A DNA stretch of 61,561 nucleotides, filler included, from Basidioascus undulatus (Eukaryota), in the NCBI GenBank assembly GCA_000826855.1. It is 14 parts of 14 records of this genome, joined end to end, with 100 filler letters (N's around TTAATTAATTAA, not from the genome) between each part and the next. Parts side by side here need not be neighbours in the genome. Positions count along the whole stretch, not along the records: positions 20,517 to 44,017 come from JTLS01000263.1; positions 44,118 to 46,943 come from JTLS01002630.1; positions 47,044 to 49,868 come from JTLS01002631.1; positions 49,969 to 52,792 come from JTLS01002632.1; 10 more parts are not named here. One strand, written 5' to 3'. Below, piece after piece: positions 37,379-50,242 of the stretch. Every line of letters begins with the position of its first letter. Within the stretch, counting starts at the first letter, position 1. A program made the translations under genes and the position numbers. The notes beneath the pieces are model-generated. The model saw only the letters and a program-made list of their open reading frames with translations. It searched no databases and was not told where the DNA came from.

Positions 37379-40300
37379 ATGGAGAAGAACAAGAAGAGCA
37401 AGTCTGGGCGCGGCGCGCTCCTGGTCGCCAACCTGCCCGCGCTGCAGTCGCTCATCAAGCGCGACCCTGCTGGCTACCGCGAAGAGTTCCTCCAGCAATG
37501 GAACCACTACGAGTCCCAGCGGCGCATATTTGAGCTCAAGCCTGACCACGGGCTCGACACGTTCGCCGAGCTGGTCGGGTTCCTTGCTCAGGTGCGTGGG
37601 ATGAGCCTGGCGGAGGCGTGGATGGTGACGGGATCGGAAGCGCTGATGCTGGTGTGGATCTGGGATTGGCTGTTTGGAATGCGCAGGTTGCTCCATGCTA
37701 CCCGGCCGAGACCGCTGCACTGCCTGGGCAGCTGTCGACGCTGCTCCTCGAGCACCACGCCACGCTCAGCCCGGACACGAGGAAGACGCTCGTCCAGTCC
37801 CTCGTCCTCCTCCGCAACCGCGATGTCATCCCCTCCGTCGAGTGCGCCATCCCTCCCCCTCCATCTCTTAGCCCATTCCCGCTCACCCCACCCTGTTTCC
37901 CCTTCTCAGGCTCCTCAAAGTCCTGTTCCCCCTCCTGCCCATTACGACCTCCTCCACCCTCCGCTCCTACATCCGATCCACCATCCTCTCCGACATCCGC
38001 AACGCCAATCAGCGCTCCAAGAACCACAAGCTCAACCGCGTCGTGCAGGGCCTCCTGTTCGGCATGGTCGAGCGCGGGATGGACGCTGAGATGCAGGGCT
38101 CCAAGACGAAGAACAAGGCTGCCGCGAGCGCGGCGGGCAAGGCGGGCGCGGAGGCTATGTGGGCCGTCATGCTCACGAAGGAGCTGTGGCGGAAGGGCGT
38201 GTGGTGGGTCGCTCTGAGAGATCTGGTTGATGCTGGTGGGTCGGCTGAAGGCATGACGAGGAACAGGAACGACGCAAAGACAGTCTCGATCGTCGCGCTT
38301 GCGTGTTTCCACCCGACCGCGAAGGTGCAGAACGCCGCGATCCACTTCTTCCTAGGCAGCGAGGACGCAGTGGAGGACAGCGACGAGGAGATCGAGGTGC
38401 GCGTCTGCCGTATTCGCCCTCAAATCTCTCTCTCAATTCACCTCTCCTATCTCCCAGGTCCCGGACGTTAAGAAGCTGCAGCACCAGCGGACGATCAACA
38501 AGACCCGTCGGAGTCAGGAGAAGAAGCTCGCCAAGCAGAAGAAGGACGCGAGCAAGGCGAGTCCCGATGGTTTCTTCTGTTTCCGTTTGTCCGGCCGCAG
38601 AAGGCTGACAGCCTCTGCAGAAGCGCAAAGCGAAGGCCGCGGGCACAACGCCCAACTTCCCTGCGCTTCAGCTCCTGCACGACCCGCAGGGCTTCGCCGA
38701 AAAGCTCTACGCGAACCTCGTTAAATATGGTGCGTCTCGTTTGGTTTCCTTGATACACTCTTCGACCGGGTTGCGCTGAAACTGCAGTGGGGTTCTTCAG
38801 ACAAGCAGCACTCCCTCGACCATAAGGTGCTCATCATGCAGCTCCTGAGCCGAGTCATGGGCTCGCACAAGCTCTGCGTGCTCAGCTTTTACAGCTACAT
38901 CGTCAAGTGAGCCATCTTGCCCTGCTCGCTTTTCTTCCTTCCCTAGACTAAGCCGCTTCACGACCCGCAGGTACCTGACGCACCACCAGCTGCGCGTGAC
39001 GCTGATCCTCGTCTCGCTCGCGCAATCCGTGCACGACCTCACGCCGCCGGATATCCTCACGCCCGTGATCCGCAAGCTCGCGTCCGAGTTCGTGCACCCA
39101 GGCGTCGGCTCCGAGGTCGTCGCGGCAGGGATCAACTCGATTCGCGAGATCTGCCGGCGCCAGCCGTGGTGCATGGAGCCCGAGCTCCTCGAGGACCTTG
39201 TCGAGTACCGCAAGTCCGCCGACAAGGGCGTCACCACCGCCGCGCGCGGACTCCTCCAGCTGTACCGCGAGGTCAACCCGGGGATGCTCAAGCGCCGGGA
39301 GAGGGTAAGTCGCTGGCGGTCTGGAGGGTGGGCGGAGGAAGAGAGGGAGGTACGGAGCTGATTTGTGATGTGGCGGGTGTAGGGCAAGGTCGCGAGTATG
39401 AGCACCGCGGCGGGAAAGCAGCCGCTGCAGTACGGATACTCGGCCGAGGCGCCGCAGGGTATCGAGGGCATCGAAGTGCGTGTCTTTTACCATTCTACAT
39501 TCCTGTTGCCATCGCCCACAAACTGACGCTCGGATCGCTCGCAGCTCCTGGAATCCCACCTCGAGGAGAAGCGCGCTGCGGCGGGATCGGACACGGAAGA
39601 CGCGGACGAGGACGACGAGGGCGCATGGGACGGCTGGGAGGTCGAGTCGTCCGACGAAGACTCGGACGACGAGGGCGGGTGGATCGAGGTCGAGAGCGAT
39701 GGCGAGGACCTCGTCTTCTCCGATAGCGACGACGAGGGCGCGAAGAATAAGGACAAGAAGGGCAAGGGCAAGGCGAAGGCGAAGGCGGAGGAGGTGGACG
39801 ACGATGCGGACAAGGAGAAGGACGGGGAGGATGCGGATGCCCCGACTGCTGCGGAGAGCGCGGTGGAGAAGCCCGGGTTCTCGGCGCTGGCGACTACCAA
39901 GGTCCGTTTCCCTGTCGTTTTGCCGTCGCCTCGCTTCCTGACCTTTGTCCGCCTCGCTGCAGATCCTCACCCCCGCCGACTTCGCGCTCCTCAACGAGCT
40001 GCGTATCAAAGCTGCCACCGCCGAGGTCGAAGCGGGCGGCGGGTCCTCGGCGAAGCGCAAGCTGGCGGAGCTCAACGCGCGCAAGCGCACTTCCGCTGCG
40101 GGCGCCGAAGACGACGACGCGTTCCTGTCTGAGTCGGAGATCCTCGGGCCCCGCAAGAAGACCAAGGCGGACTACGCGGAGCGCATGGCGAGCGTCGAGA
40201 AGGGCCGTGAGGGCCGCGAGAAGTTCGGGAGTCGCAAGGGCAAGGAGAAGAAGGAGGAGTACTCCAGCTCGACCAACCGCCAGAAGGCGAGGAACAAGCC

Positions 40301-40651
40301 GCTCGTGCGTCCTACCTTTTTTCTTTCTTTGATAGATCAGTTTCTTCGAGGAGCGGCGAGGCTGACTAGGACGGGAATGCGCCGGCGTAGATGATGGCGA
40401 TTCATTCAACCAAGATCAGGAGCAAGAAGTCGGCGAGCTTGCGGGACAAGCAGAAGGTGCGTTTCTTGTCGTCCCTGCTCTCTCCCCTCCCATGCTTTGC
40501 AGCGGCTGACCATCGTCAACCATGTGCGTCCGGCAGGCTCTCCAAGCCCAGTACGTCTTTCGCGCTACGGTTGTGCAATGGAGTTCAGTGGCTGACCAAC
40601 GTTCGTTCCCGCCCCTACAGCAAAGTTCGGCAGAAGAAGCAGGGACATTGA
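37379..40651 (+). CDS. SDA1: Sda1, 60S ribosome biogenesis factor
   Basis: NLPALQSLIKRDPAGYREEFLQQW, ELWRKGVWNDAKTV, NFPALQLLHDPQGFAEKL, YLTHHQLRVT, GINSIREICRRQP, LLQLYREVNPGMLKRRERGK, ILTPADF, SSTNRQKARNKP. Confidence 0.96.
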
Positions 40652-40978
40652 GGGGGTGCCCGTGGCTTTGTGTCTTGGGTCGTTACCCGGCCGTTGATGG
40701 ACGTTGCTCTCTTTCTTTACAGCCTCATTGGATTAGACACGCCTTGCGTTTGCTGGAGCCCGTTTGTGCGCCGCTGCAGTTCTCTGTGCTGCGCACTTTG
40801 CGACGCGGCCACGCTGCCGGAAATCTTAATTGCAATGAAGGCCTGGTCTCTGCCGTGTCATTCCCGCGAAAAGGGCCAACTTCGGAATCAGACTGTCTGC
40901 CCTGCTCGGGCGCCTTTCGTTTGCCCCTAGAGTTAATCCCTTTCACCGATGGCTCGAGTTCATGGCAGACAGTCAGAT

Positions 40979-43098
40979 ATGATGAGGCTAGCCACCAGCC
41001 TGCTGGCGGCAGCTTCCTTCATTGGGGCCGCCCAGGCTCACACCCGCATCTACGGTGTCTGGGTCAACGGGAAGGAGGTCGGCGACGGTGATGGGACGAC
41101 GACCTATGTACGTCTTGTTTTCTTCCAGCAGCTGAGACTGGGAAGGCGACTGATGCTGTGCTATATTTCAGATTCGTGAGCCGACCACCAACGGCCCCAT
41201 CAAAGACCTCACGTCCGATGATCTGGTGAGTGCCTCACAAAGTTATTGATCTCGTCAATGTCTCAGCGCTGACCTCGCTTGTTACTGCCAGGCCTGTAAC
41301 GTGCGCTGCACCATTGATCAGTTCGGGCAGGGCACGGTTGACACTCAGGCTTGCTTTACAGATTTACACCAGCGCTCCGAGCGGGTTCCTGAACGTCACC
41401 GCCGGCGATCTACTTCAGCTTGAATGGGTAAGCCTCCTTCTTGTTTGATGGGGTCTCCGAAAGGCGGTAGTGCTCATCCACAATTTCTCCAGTACCAGAA
41501 CACCAGGTAATTTTGGAACAGTTGCCCTTATGGCTACTACAGACCGCTGACTTGAAACTCGACAGGGGCGATGACATCCTTGCCTCTTCCCACAAGGGTA
41601 GGGGAAAACGTTCATTTAGACATAAATACGCGAGACTAACTGCCCGGTAGCCCAGGTCCCATCGTTTCCTAACTCGCCCCCTGCGACTCCAATGGCAAGG
41701 AGTACGCTGCATTCAACATCTCTGGATGAACTGAAGCAGGCTGACTGTTCTATTCAGTGATGTTTGGGTCATGATCGCTGAGGGCTACGTCGACTCATGG
41801 GCCACCGACAAGGTAAGCCTGCTGCTTGCAACGCAGTTAGCAACCTTACGCATACAATGCTGAATTTATGGGCTCTCCTGTTCCCTCAGATGATCGCCAA
41901 CAAGGGCAAGCCGTCAGCCTACCACCACATTCCATGTTAGCCTTCTTCTCCGGCCTCGCAAGCAAGAAACGTACGGGGCAGGCGTCGATCGCGGTGGAGT
42001 TGGGAGAAGCGGCGGCGGCGGTGGTGGTGGAAGGCGAAGTTGAAGAGGCAGCGGAAGAAGTACCAGCGGCGGCGGTAGATCCCTCAGCGGCGTTGCCAGA
42101 CGAGGCGGTCGCAGCACTGGAGGCGGCGGGAGAGGCAGCAGACGAGGAGGCAGTGCCGGACGAGCCACCGGAGCCCGGCAGCCTGGTCAAAGTGGGTGAG
42201 CGAGGGTTGGTGCGTGAATGGGAACGAGAGCTGGGACGTACGGCAGAGCCGCTCGCGTAGACTGCAGTCGAAATGATATCCTCAACCTGCGCAGTGCTGT
42301 CGGTGCTGGAACCCTCCCAGACCGCGGGACCCTGTATCAACCAGGTTAGAGAAGCCGCCGCCGGTGATGACTCGGGAGACGATGAGTCCTGCCCGGCTGA
42401 GGGTGACGACGAGGATAACTCTGTGAGACTGGCTTTCCTCGGCATCCCGTCGATGTTGACGTTGACCGCGTTGTCCTGTGCTCTCCAGACCACTGCGTCG
42501 GCTACCGCTTCTGCTACCTCGTTGAGTCCGGAAAGTATTTATTTTTAGAAGAGGACAACTAAAGAAACGATTGTGTCGACAAGCTGCCCCCTCTTTGTCC
42601 GCTGCGGCTACTGGTGATGTGTAGAGCGCCGACAGCGCCACTGCCTCTTCCGAGCTTCCTCTGCGGCTGCCCCTGCGGCTTCCTCTGCGGCTTTCTCCGC
42701 TGATTCTACTTCTGGGGTGAGTGCAGCTCCCTGTATCTGATCCACCTTCCGTTTCTGACCAAAATATACCTTCTCTTATTCAGGGTGTCGCCGGCGCCGC
42801 CGCCACCGGCACGTCCTCGGGCTCTTCCGCTGCGTTCACCGCGACGGCTTGGAACGGGTGCTACAACGACTCGTTTTCATATTTTATCACCCCATCTCTT
42901 TCCAACCCGTCGTACACATAACAATGTACTGGGACAGAGTGGAACGAGTGCCTCCAGAACGCCAACTCTGCCGCGGCGAAAAATGGCGGCGGCGCGGTCG
43001 ACTTCCAGTCTTGCGATTCCGCCCGGGACGCCTGCAACTCCGCCCTGCGTCGTGTCCGCCGCTCGGGCACCCTCGGTTTTCCGTATGCGCCCTTTTGA
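40979..43098 (+). pseudogene. AA9 lytic polysaccharide monooxygenase pseudogene with Ser/Ala linker and Cys-containing C-terminal module; internal inversion 41911-42583
   Basis: Signal peptide, then His1 (AQA-HTRIYGVWVNG), NGPIKDLTSDDLACN, VTAGD..LEW, DDILASSHKGPIVS*LAP (TAA 41670-41672 at a conserved Tyr), WATDKMIANKGK. GPAVW and the linker are found on the minus strand. Terminal module WNGCYN..EWNECLQ..DFQSCDSARDAC..RRVRRSGTLG. Confidence 0.9.
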
Positions 43099-43560
43099 GC
43101 GGTTCAGCCGCATCTTTTGTGCTTATGTTTTCTGGAATGCATTCCTTGGCTAAGTGCTTCTCGACCGCTTCACTCGGTTCAAAATGGCTTCTGTGGATGC
43201 CTGAGCTGCGTCGTTTGTAGAAAAGCTCGCGTGATGCGTCTCATGCCGGGCCACTAAGGTGGAATGGGCGTCCCACTTCTCGACACGTTGAAGCTTCAGA
43301 GGCTGCTTTGGAAGGTTAGAGAGCCGCCAAACTCGCAGGATCGGTCATGTCTAGGTCCATGAAAACTGTCGCATCATCCCATCCGAGCAAGTGTCTGCAA
43401 GATGCAAAGCTAGAAGCAGCAGCAGAACGAGCGAGAGCTCGTGCTCCTTGAGTGAGGTCTTCAACCGACAGCGGTGACGTAACGAGACCCAGCCGATTCC
43501 CACGACTGCGAGCGTCGATCCTCGATGGCCCAAAGGAAGACGCTTCCGCCAGCCTCGCGC

Positions 43561-43888
43561 ATGACCATCGACCCAAACCTCAGGCGACTTTACGCGCTGC
43601 CAGAGCCCCTCCTCTTCATCTTCCACCACATTATCTACTCGCCAGTCCAATCCCAAACGTCCACGATGTCCCCACCCCCACCAAACCCCGCCAATTCACC
43701 CTACACCTCCCTCCTCCCGACGGTGCTCGCCTTCCCCTCGCACCTCTCCAAGCACCTGTCCTCCCACACGCACCCCTACTCGCTCGACTCGCTCAGGACG
43801 TACTATGAGACTGCGGGAGCGCTCAATGTTGCGTTGCTGATGTGCACTTGGAACGTGCTTTGGACGTGGATTGCGGGAGAGGTCACCG
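43561..43888 (+). CDS. first exon of a probable DUF1295 (steroid 5-alpha-reductase-like) membrane protein
   Basis: YYETAGALNVALLMCTWNVLWTWIAGEVTG followed by a GTAAGT donor. This matches the stretch that precedes GNxSxVDRxW in fungal DUF1295 proteins. The remainder is lost at the contig end. Confidence 0.5.
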
Positions 43889-46800
43889 GTAAGTGGTGCG
43901 GCTTCTTGCGGTGCAGATGGAGGGAGGCTTAATGGGACGCGGGGGCGGGGGGGGGGCGGCGGGGAGGTGCGGCGAACGTCGGCGTCGAGAAGTGTGGGGT
44001 GATGCGGAGGGTGTCGGNNNNNNNNNNNNNNNNNNNNNNNNNNNNNNNNNNNNNNNNNNNNTTAATTAATTAANNNNNNNNNNNNNNNNNNNNNNNNNNN
44101 NNNNNNNNNNNNNNNNNGGGAGCAGGGCGTGGGGGGCGGGGCGTGGGGCGCGGACGGGAGACGGGCGATGGGCAATGGGGGGAGATGAGGGCACTACGAC
44201 TAAATATCGCATGTATATCAGGGTACAGTGATGTGGACCGGAAAGGACAGGCGGATGAGTCTGTGAAGAAGGCGGCGGCGAATGAGGGAGGAAGGGTACT
44301 TACGCTCTCGCAGCCCACGATCAAATCTGCTCTAATTCACGTACGCTATCATTCTCCTAAGTAAAACACATTTGTCTTTGAATCATGCAATCATTCAAAG
44401 TATCGAGATACTAATGTGGCCAGACTCGGAGTGTGTACAGTGTGTATGTTCATGGCTGGCAGTCGTGCAGCTTCGATGGCGAGTTGAACCTGCAAGTTGT
44501 TCATGAAAGTTAGATAGAGAGGGCGAGGGGGCGTGATGCTCAGCTCGAGGAAATTTGCAGTCATTTCTTCCAAGCAGGTGCTCTCATCCGGGAGAAGGAC
44601 GAGTACCGGATTGTGACGGCTCCCGCAGAGGACACCAATCCCCATCAGTGGCGGTGAGTCACACAGTCGACTCTGCAAGGTATTTATTGAGGCGCCGCAT
44701 GTTCAACTTCATTTGGAAATAAAGGTGAGTCCAATCACGAATCACTTTCAAAACGGCAGCGTCGTCATTGGATTCCTTCACTCACGCGGTCATGACCTGA
44801 GCGGTTGCGTCAGCCCTCACTGCCTACCGCACATCTCCCTGCCCTATCGAAACACTGCATCCCACCAGCCCGTGACTGCACGATGTTCTGTATAAGCGAC
44901 CCTGCCTGCATACAACATGGTTCTCTCCAGCAGCTCCGTCACTGCGTTCTGTCATCGCAAAATATCAGTGGCACGGCTCTGAAGTCAGGGGAGCCTAAGA
45001 AGTTGCAGGCACTCATTGCCCACAAGCCCATCAAACGCGACCACAATCTGTAGCGTTGAGGGACGGAAAAGGTTTCCCTTCCCTTGTTTAGGCCTGCATT
45101 TTGAGCTCCTCGGCGAGATTGCTCACGCTAGGCTTGAGAGGTTCGACTCTGACAACGGAGTGGTGCCTTTCGGCGGCAAAGCGGTTGGGTGCAGTTTCGA
45201 CGTGCGCGGCGGCATGTGCGCAAGGCACCGAGAGGGAGTGGACGGAGACAGTTGAAGAACTCCTGTTGGAAGGACAGAGCCACAAAAAGGACTCGGTATC
45301 GCTGCCCGAGCAGTTCGTCAGCCATACTCGAATACGCGCTTCAATATTTGCAGTCGACCTGGTCGTGAGCTCAGCCTCGTCAGGCGGACTTGAAGGAAGC
45401 AGCACGGCTACTCCGAGCCAGGAAGAATGGACGGTCAGCTGGGTAAGCGTCCCAAGTAAGAAATATTAGAAAGCGAGTATTATGAGCGGATGATTACCAT
45501 TCTGAGATTTCGAAGGTGGACGGAATCCCGCGATCGATTTGACTTCTCCTCGCTGACGAGGAGGCAGCAGTCGCAGCAGGGCTGCGTAACGTGGTCGCAG
45601 TAGCTGGAGCAGACTGACGGCGAGATGGAGAGGATGATGATGGCGAAGGCGAGGCTGATGATGATGGGGAGACCGAAAGGACCACGAGGATGCAACGAAA
45701 CAGCCGACCGACTTGGAACATAACCAAGGGTCATCCCCGGCCGGCTGGCCGTGGTTCAAGGGCCGTCCCGCAACGTATGACAAGCAGCTGTTATCCTTCA
45801 CCTCTCCCTCGACAACGCTAGTCTTGCGACCCTCAGCTCAAGTTCCCCAAGTCCTACCCGTCGCTCTCGCGTTCCTGCAATGGGTCTACGCCCAGGCAGC
45901 TCCTCACAGTGTTGCAGCTCGGCCGCGCGGCTGCTCGCCCCCGCCATCCTCAATGCGCTGAAGGCTGGCTGCGTCGCTCAGGTAGTCTCACGTCCTCAAG
46001 AGCGTCGCCAAGCTCGTCGCAGTTTGGTTCGTCGACGTCGTCGACCAACCGCCGCTGCACAGGCAGCACTTCCGCGACGCCGGCGGCGTTGCCGCCGTCC
46101 TAGCCGTGTACGAGTCGCTGTCGCCGACGAGGCGTCCACGCGCGCGACGATCGAGTGCGCTCGGAAGGCCGTTATGGGACAGGGACTGGACACGGTCGTT
46201 AGTGAGTCGCTTCATTTCTCGCACAACTCGTCCCCTCGATCCTCACACCTTTGGTCCCCACCGTCTCCGCTGCAGACACGTATACCTCGCACGTGCGTCA
46301 TGATGCTGCGCATCACCGTTCTCCAGGACACCCTTTCGTATTAACCTTCCTCTTCCCCTTTCTTTTTGCCAGGTCCTGTTTTGCTCTTACGTTCTGCTGC
46401 TTCGTTGAGCCGATGTTTGAGGTGTTTCCTGAGTCTAGCTTTCATTATGTATTGTATTCGTGCGCCTTTCTGCCGCTCATTTCCGTTCGAACTCGCTGCA
46501 AACATCATCTCGTACGAGAGCGATGGAGTGGGGCTACTTGGGGCTACCGACCCGGCGTTACCGACCCGGCGTCCCGAGCGCGCTGCTCCGCGCTGCTCTG
46601 AAAGCGGCTCAAGTACCGGCTTGCGCGGTCTTGAGCGAATGCCTTGTTTTGAATATAATATGCATACCTTGTAGCGCAACAAAATATGAAAGATACAGCA
46701 TCGATCCGCTTCAGCGTCAGCTTGTCCCTTCTCTCTGGCCGGCACTGGGCTTCACGGCACAACTTGCTCCTCTCGCCAACCCTGGCGCGTGTCTGTCACG

Positions 46801-47095
46801 GGATGAAAGCAAAGCGGCCAACCACAGTCCGGTTTCTGCAATTCCATATATTTTTGATTTCTGCGCATGTTGGCTTCCCCGGTTCGAGCTTTCTGAACGT
46901 GATGCGCTGACCTCAGTGGCATGCAAAGTTCCATGCGCCAGCGNNNNNNNNNNNNNNNNNNNNNNNNNNNNNNNNNNNNNNNNNNNNTTAATTAATTAAN
47001 NNNNNNNNNNNNNNNNNNNNNNNNNNNNNNNNNNNNNNNNNNNCGGATCCATAAATCATCAGTCTTGGACGAAGCTCAGAATACAGTACACACAG

Positions 47096-48595
47096 CTCGT
47101 CTTCCTCCCTGAAAGCCCTCGGTGGCTTGTTGCACATGGTCGGCACGACGAGGCGCTCGCTGTCATGGCGGCCCTGGAATCAAGCGAAGCCACCGAGCAG
47201 GATCCGGCAATTCTCTATCGTTATGCTGAGACCCAGCCAGCTATCGAAGTTGAGACGGCAGGTGGACCGCTGAAATGGTCCGAGCTGTGGAGCATGGGCG
47301 AGCTGAAGAACGGCAGTACGTCGCCCCTTTTTTGTAACAAATTTAGTGGACCAGCTTACGTTTGGGATCGTTTCCAGAGCGTGTGCTTCTTGCGGCTGTG
47401 AGTTGATCGTGCGAGTGTGCCGAACTTGTGTGTTGACATTTCGACCTCGGCAGGGCATCAATCTCATGCAACAGTCAGTGTCTCCTATAGCGAAAACAGA
47501 CGGTTTTCCTTAAACCTAGAGTAGGCTATCAGGCTGTAAGTCCTTGATGTATTTCATTCCGGTACTATTACAAGAATCGATCAACATGGACAGGCAAATG
47601 AGCCTCATCATCGGAGGCCTTGTAGGCCTTGTTTTCTTCCTGGCCTCTATACACCCCCTTGTGAGTGTCAATCAGTGCTTATCCTACCTCTGATGCTTAC
47701 GGACTGACTTCTGAGTACAGTTGTTCTTGGACAAATTGGGCCGGCCTAAGCCTTTCATTCTGGCGTCAGCTGTTCAGGTAAGCTGAGCCTACACCTTCCG
47801 AATGGTCTGTATCTGAGGTGCCTCGTTGTTCCTACAGGCAATCAGCATGGCACCCGTTGCTCTTCTTCTAAGCTTGGAAAACAGGATCGCTGAGAAAGTA
47901 TCTGTGGCCTTCTTCTTCATCTACATCGCGTACGTCCCTTCACTGCTCGCCTAAGGCCTCGATCCTCACGGAGCTTCTTTAGCATTTTCGGTGCCTGCTT
48001 TTTGGGCACTCCGTGGCTCTACACGCCTGAGCTCCTGCCCATCCGTTTGCGGGCGCGGGGATCCGCAATCGCTACTGGGTGAGCAGCACGCTCAGTGTCT
48101 CCTTGTGTCTCCGCAGACACCAGAAACTAATCCATAGGCCACAGTATTAACTGAATTTGCAACTTCATGTGAGTCTCACCTTTTTTTTCTAAACTGTGCA
48201 AGATATTCATGTGGCGTGCGACAGCATCGTTCTTATTACGCCAATTGCCATCGACAAAATCAAGTGGCGGGTTTGTGTTTGACCTCTTTCGTGCGCGAAA
48301 TTCATAGCAACTGAAATTACTTTACCCCAGACGTACATCATCTTCGCCGTTCTGGTAAGCATCATCCGAGCACGGCCAGAGGTTTGAAGGCGCCTGTCTC
48401 ACTCCGTGTCTCCAGAACGCCTGCTGGGTCCCCCTGCTCTGGGCCTTCTACCCCGATACGAGCAACCTTACGATGGAGCAGATTGACGACCTCTTCCGGG
48501 ACATCCCCAAGCACGAGGTCACTGCGTCCGAGATCAAGGAGGAGGAGCGGAAGGAATGGACGCCGTCGCCCGAAAACTGGTCTGTAGGCGCATGA
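47096..48595 (+). pseudogene. sugar porter family (STL1-like) transporter, C-terminal half, with one in-frame TGA
   Basis: LPESPRWL, NLMQQLSG, LDKLGR, PWLYTPELLPIRLRARGSAIATG-IN*ICNF (TGA 48152-48154), KWRTYIIFAVLNA, YPDTSNLTMEQID. All introns I traced are GT-AG and in frame. Confidence 0.85.
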
Positions 48596-49196
48596 GCTTT
48601 GTTGGTGATACGATGGGCGGAAACGTGAAATGCTACCGACTTGATGAGAATAATATTTTGCTTGAAAAGTTTGTGGTGTGGGATCGATCGTTCAGAATGA
48701 GCGTTCAGTGGAAGATGTCACGTTTGCATACTACGCAGACGAAGCTGGCTGCAAGCGCAGGTAACAACTGCAAGCGATCTTAATGGACGCGGCCTGGATC
48801 AAGTCTGAACCCTCGAAAAGCTGCTTTCTTAAGACACCTCAATGCTCGACTAGCAACGTTGAAGTCCGTTTGTGGTTGAACCGGGGCTGTTCTTTTCCCA
48901 GAGACGCCAACACCGGTCTTCGCTCACGAACGGGCACTGTGTTCTCCTTGAACCGCCGAAGTCCATCACACGTCGCCTCTTCGGGGACCCCGAAAAGGCA
49001 ATTTGTTTAACATGAACACTCCACACGGACTCCGCTCTCCGGCCCACCGGAGCGGCCGGAAGTGGAGCGGGGCGACACGGGGTCCCCGCGGCTGCTGCAG
49101 CTCGCTGCTCGCTGCGACGCGACTCTTCCTCAACCTCTCATCTCAACTTCACCTTCGCCCTATCCACTTAGGCATACCACACTACTCATCCCGAAC

Positions 49197-49815
49197 ATGG
49201 CTTCTCCATTCACGCTGAAGTGGGGTATTCTCGCTACCGGAGGAATCGTAAACCGCTGCCGCATAACATCGTTTCCGATCATGGACTGAACGTTTCTCTG
49301 CTCGAGCAGGCTAAGCTCTTCTCGAGGGATCTCCTCGTCGACCCGAGCACTCGCAGCGTCGCAGACGTGGCTCACAAGATCGTCGCCGTCGCGTCTTCCT
49401 CCTCTGCCGCCCGCGCACGCGAGTTTGTGAACGACATCACGGAGGGGAAGGGCGACGAGTCGGTCAAGACGTACGGCAGCTATGAGGAGCTCGTCGCCGA
49501 CAAGAACGTGGACATCATTTACATCGCTACCCCTCACTCTCACCACCATGAGAACGCTCTGTTGTGCTTGAACGCTGGCAAGCATGTCTGCTGCGAGGTA
49601 AGGTCCCCTTGGGCTTTTCTTCCTTGAACGCATCATGTTGAATATCGTCCATCCTCAGAACCCTTTACCATCAACTCCAAGCAAGCGAAGCACCTTATCC
49701 GCCTGGCGAAATCTAAGGTGAGGCAGTCATTTATGACTCTCACGATTTTTCCCAGCCTAACCCTTTTGCCTCGCAGAACCTCTTTTTGATGGAGGCTGTG
49801 TGGACCCGTTTCTTC
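49197..49815 (+). CDS. Gfo/Idh/MocA oxidoreductase (dihydrodiol / D-xylose dehydrogenase-like), 3'-partial, apparent -1 frameshift
   Basis: [45 protein letters not shown]/(K)[16 protein letters not shown]. Exon 3 begins AA-CCC-TTT (49659), one base short of the EKP motif. Confidence 0.85.
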
Positions 49816-50242
49816 GTCCGTTAAGCCTTTCGTTCTACCCAGACTTCCGCAACCCTGACCCCTTTGTCNNNNNNNNNNNNNNNNNNNNNNNNNNNNNNNN
49901 NNNNNNNNNNNNTTAATTAATTAANNNNNNNNNNNNNNNNNNNNNNNNNNNNNNNNNNNNNNNNNNNNTTGCTACACACCGCATCCAGCCCAGCCGCACC
50001 TCCCGCCCTCTTCCGGCACCGTCCCACCGACCCTCCAAGCAGCGTACTGGACGCTTCTCCTCTCCCTCCCGCTCCAGCTCGTCGCACCTCTCCTTCCCTC
50101 CACGCACCCCGCACTCGCACTTCTCCCACCCACACAACCCATCCTCCAGACTCAGCTCCGCAACGCCCACGCGCTGAGGCACATCCTTCTCACACCCCTC
50201 TCTGTCGCGCTCCCACCCACCGTTGCGGCATGCCTGGCTCTC

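Noticed and set aside
41846..42493. 215-aa minus-strand ORF as a separate nested gene
   Set aside because: It reads through introns and is the inverted end-of-domain and linker segment of the AA9 gene (GPAVW motif).
44480..44497. B-box-like GCAGGTTCAACTC on the minus strand (similar GGGTTCGACA near 55660)
   Set aside because: No T-stem closure, A box or cloverleaf around either site.
44118..46943. Short ORFs including a CCDCC peptide and a signal-peptide-like stretch
   Set aside because: No consistent exon chain or family motif could be built, so the contig is left unannotated.
23979..48154. TGA at conserved Trp positions in two transporters, suggesting UGA=Trp recoding
   Set aside because: TGA is the normal terminator of PP2C and SDA1, Trp is TGG elsewhere in the window, the MFS gene also has a frameshift, and other broken genes have TAA or TAG lesions.
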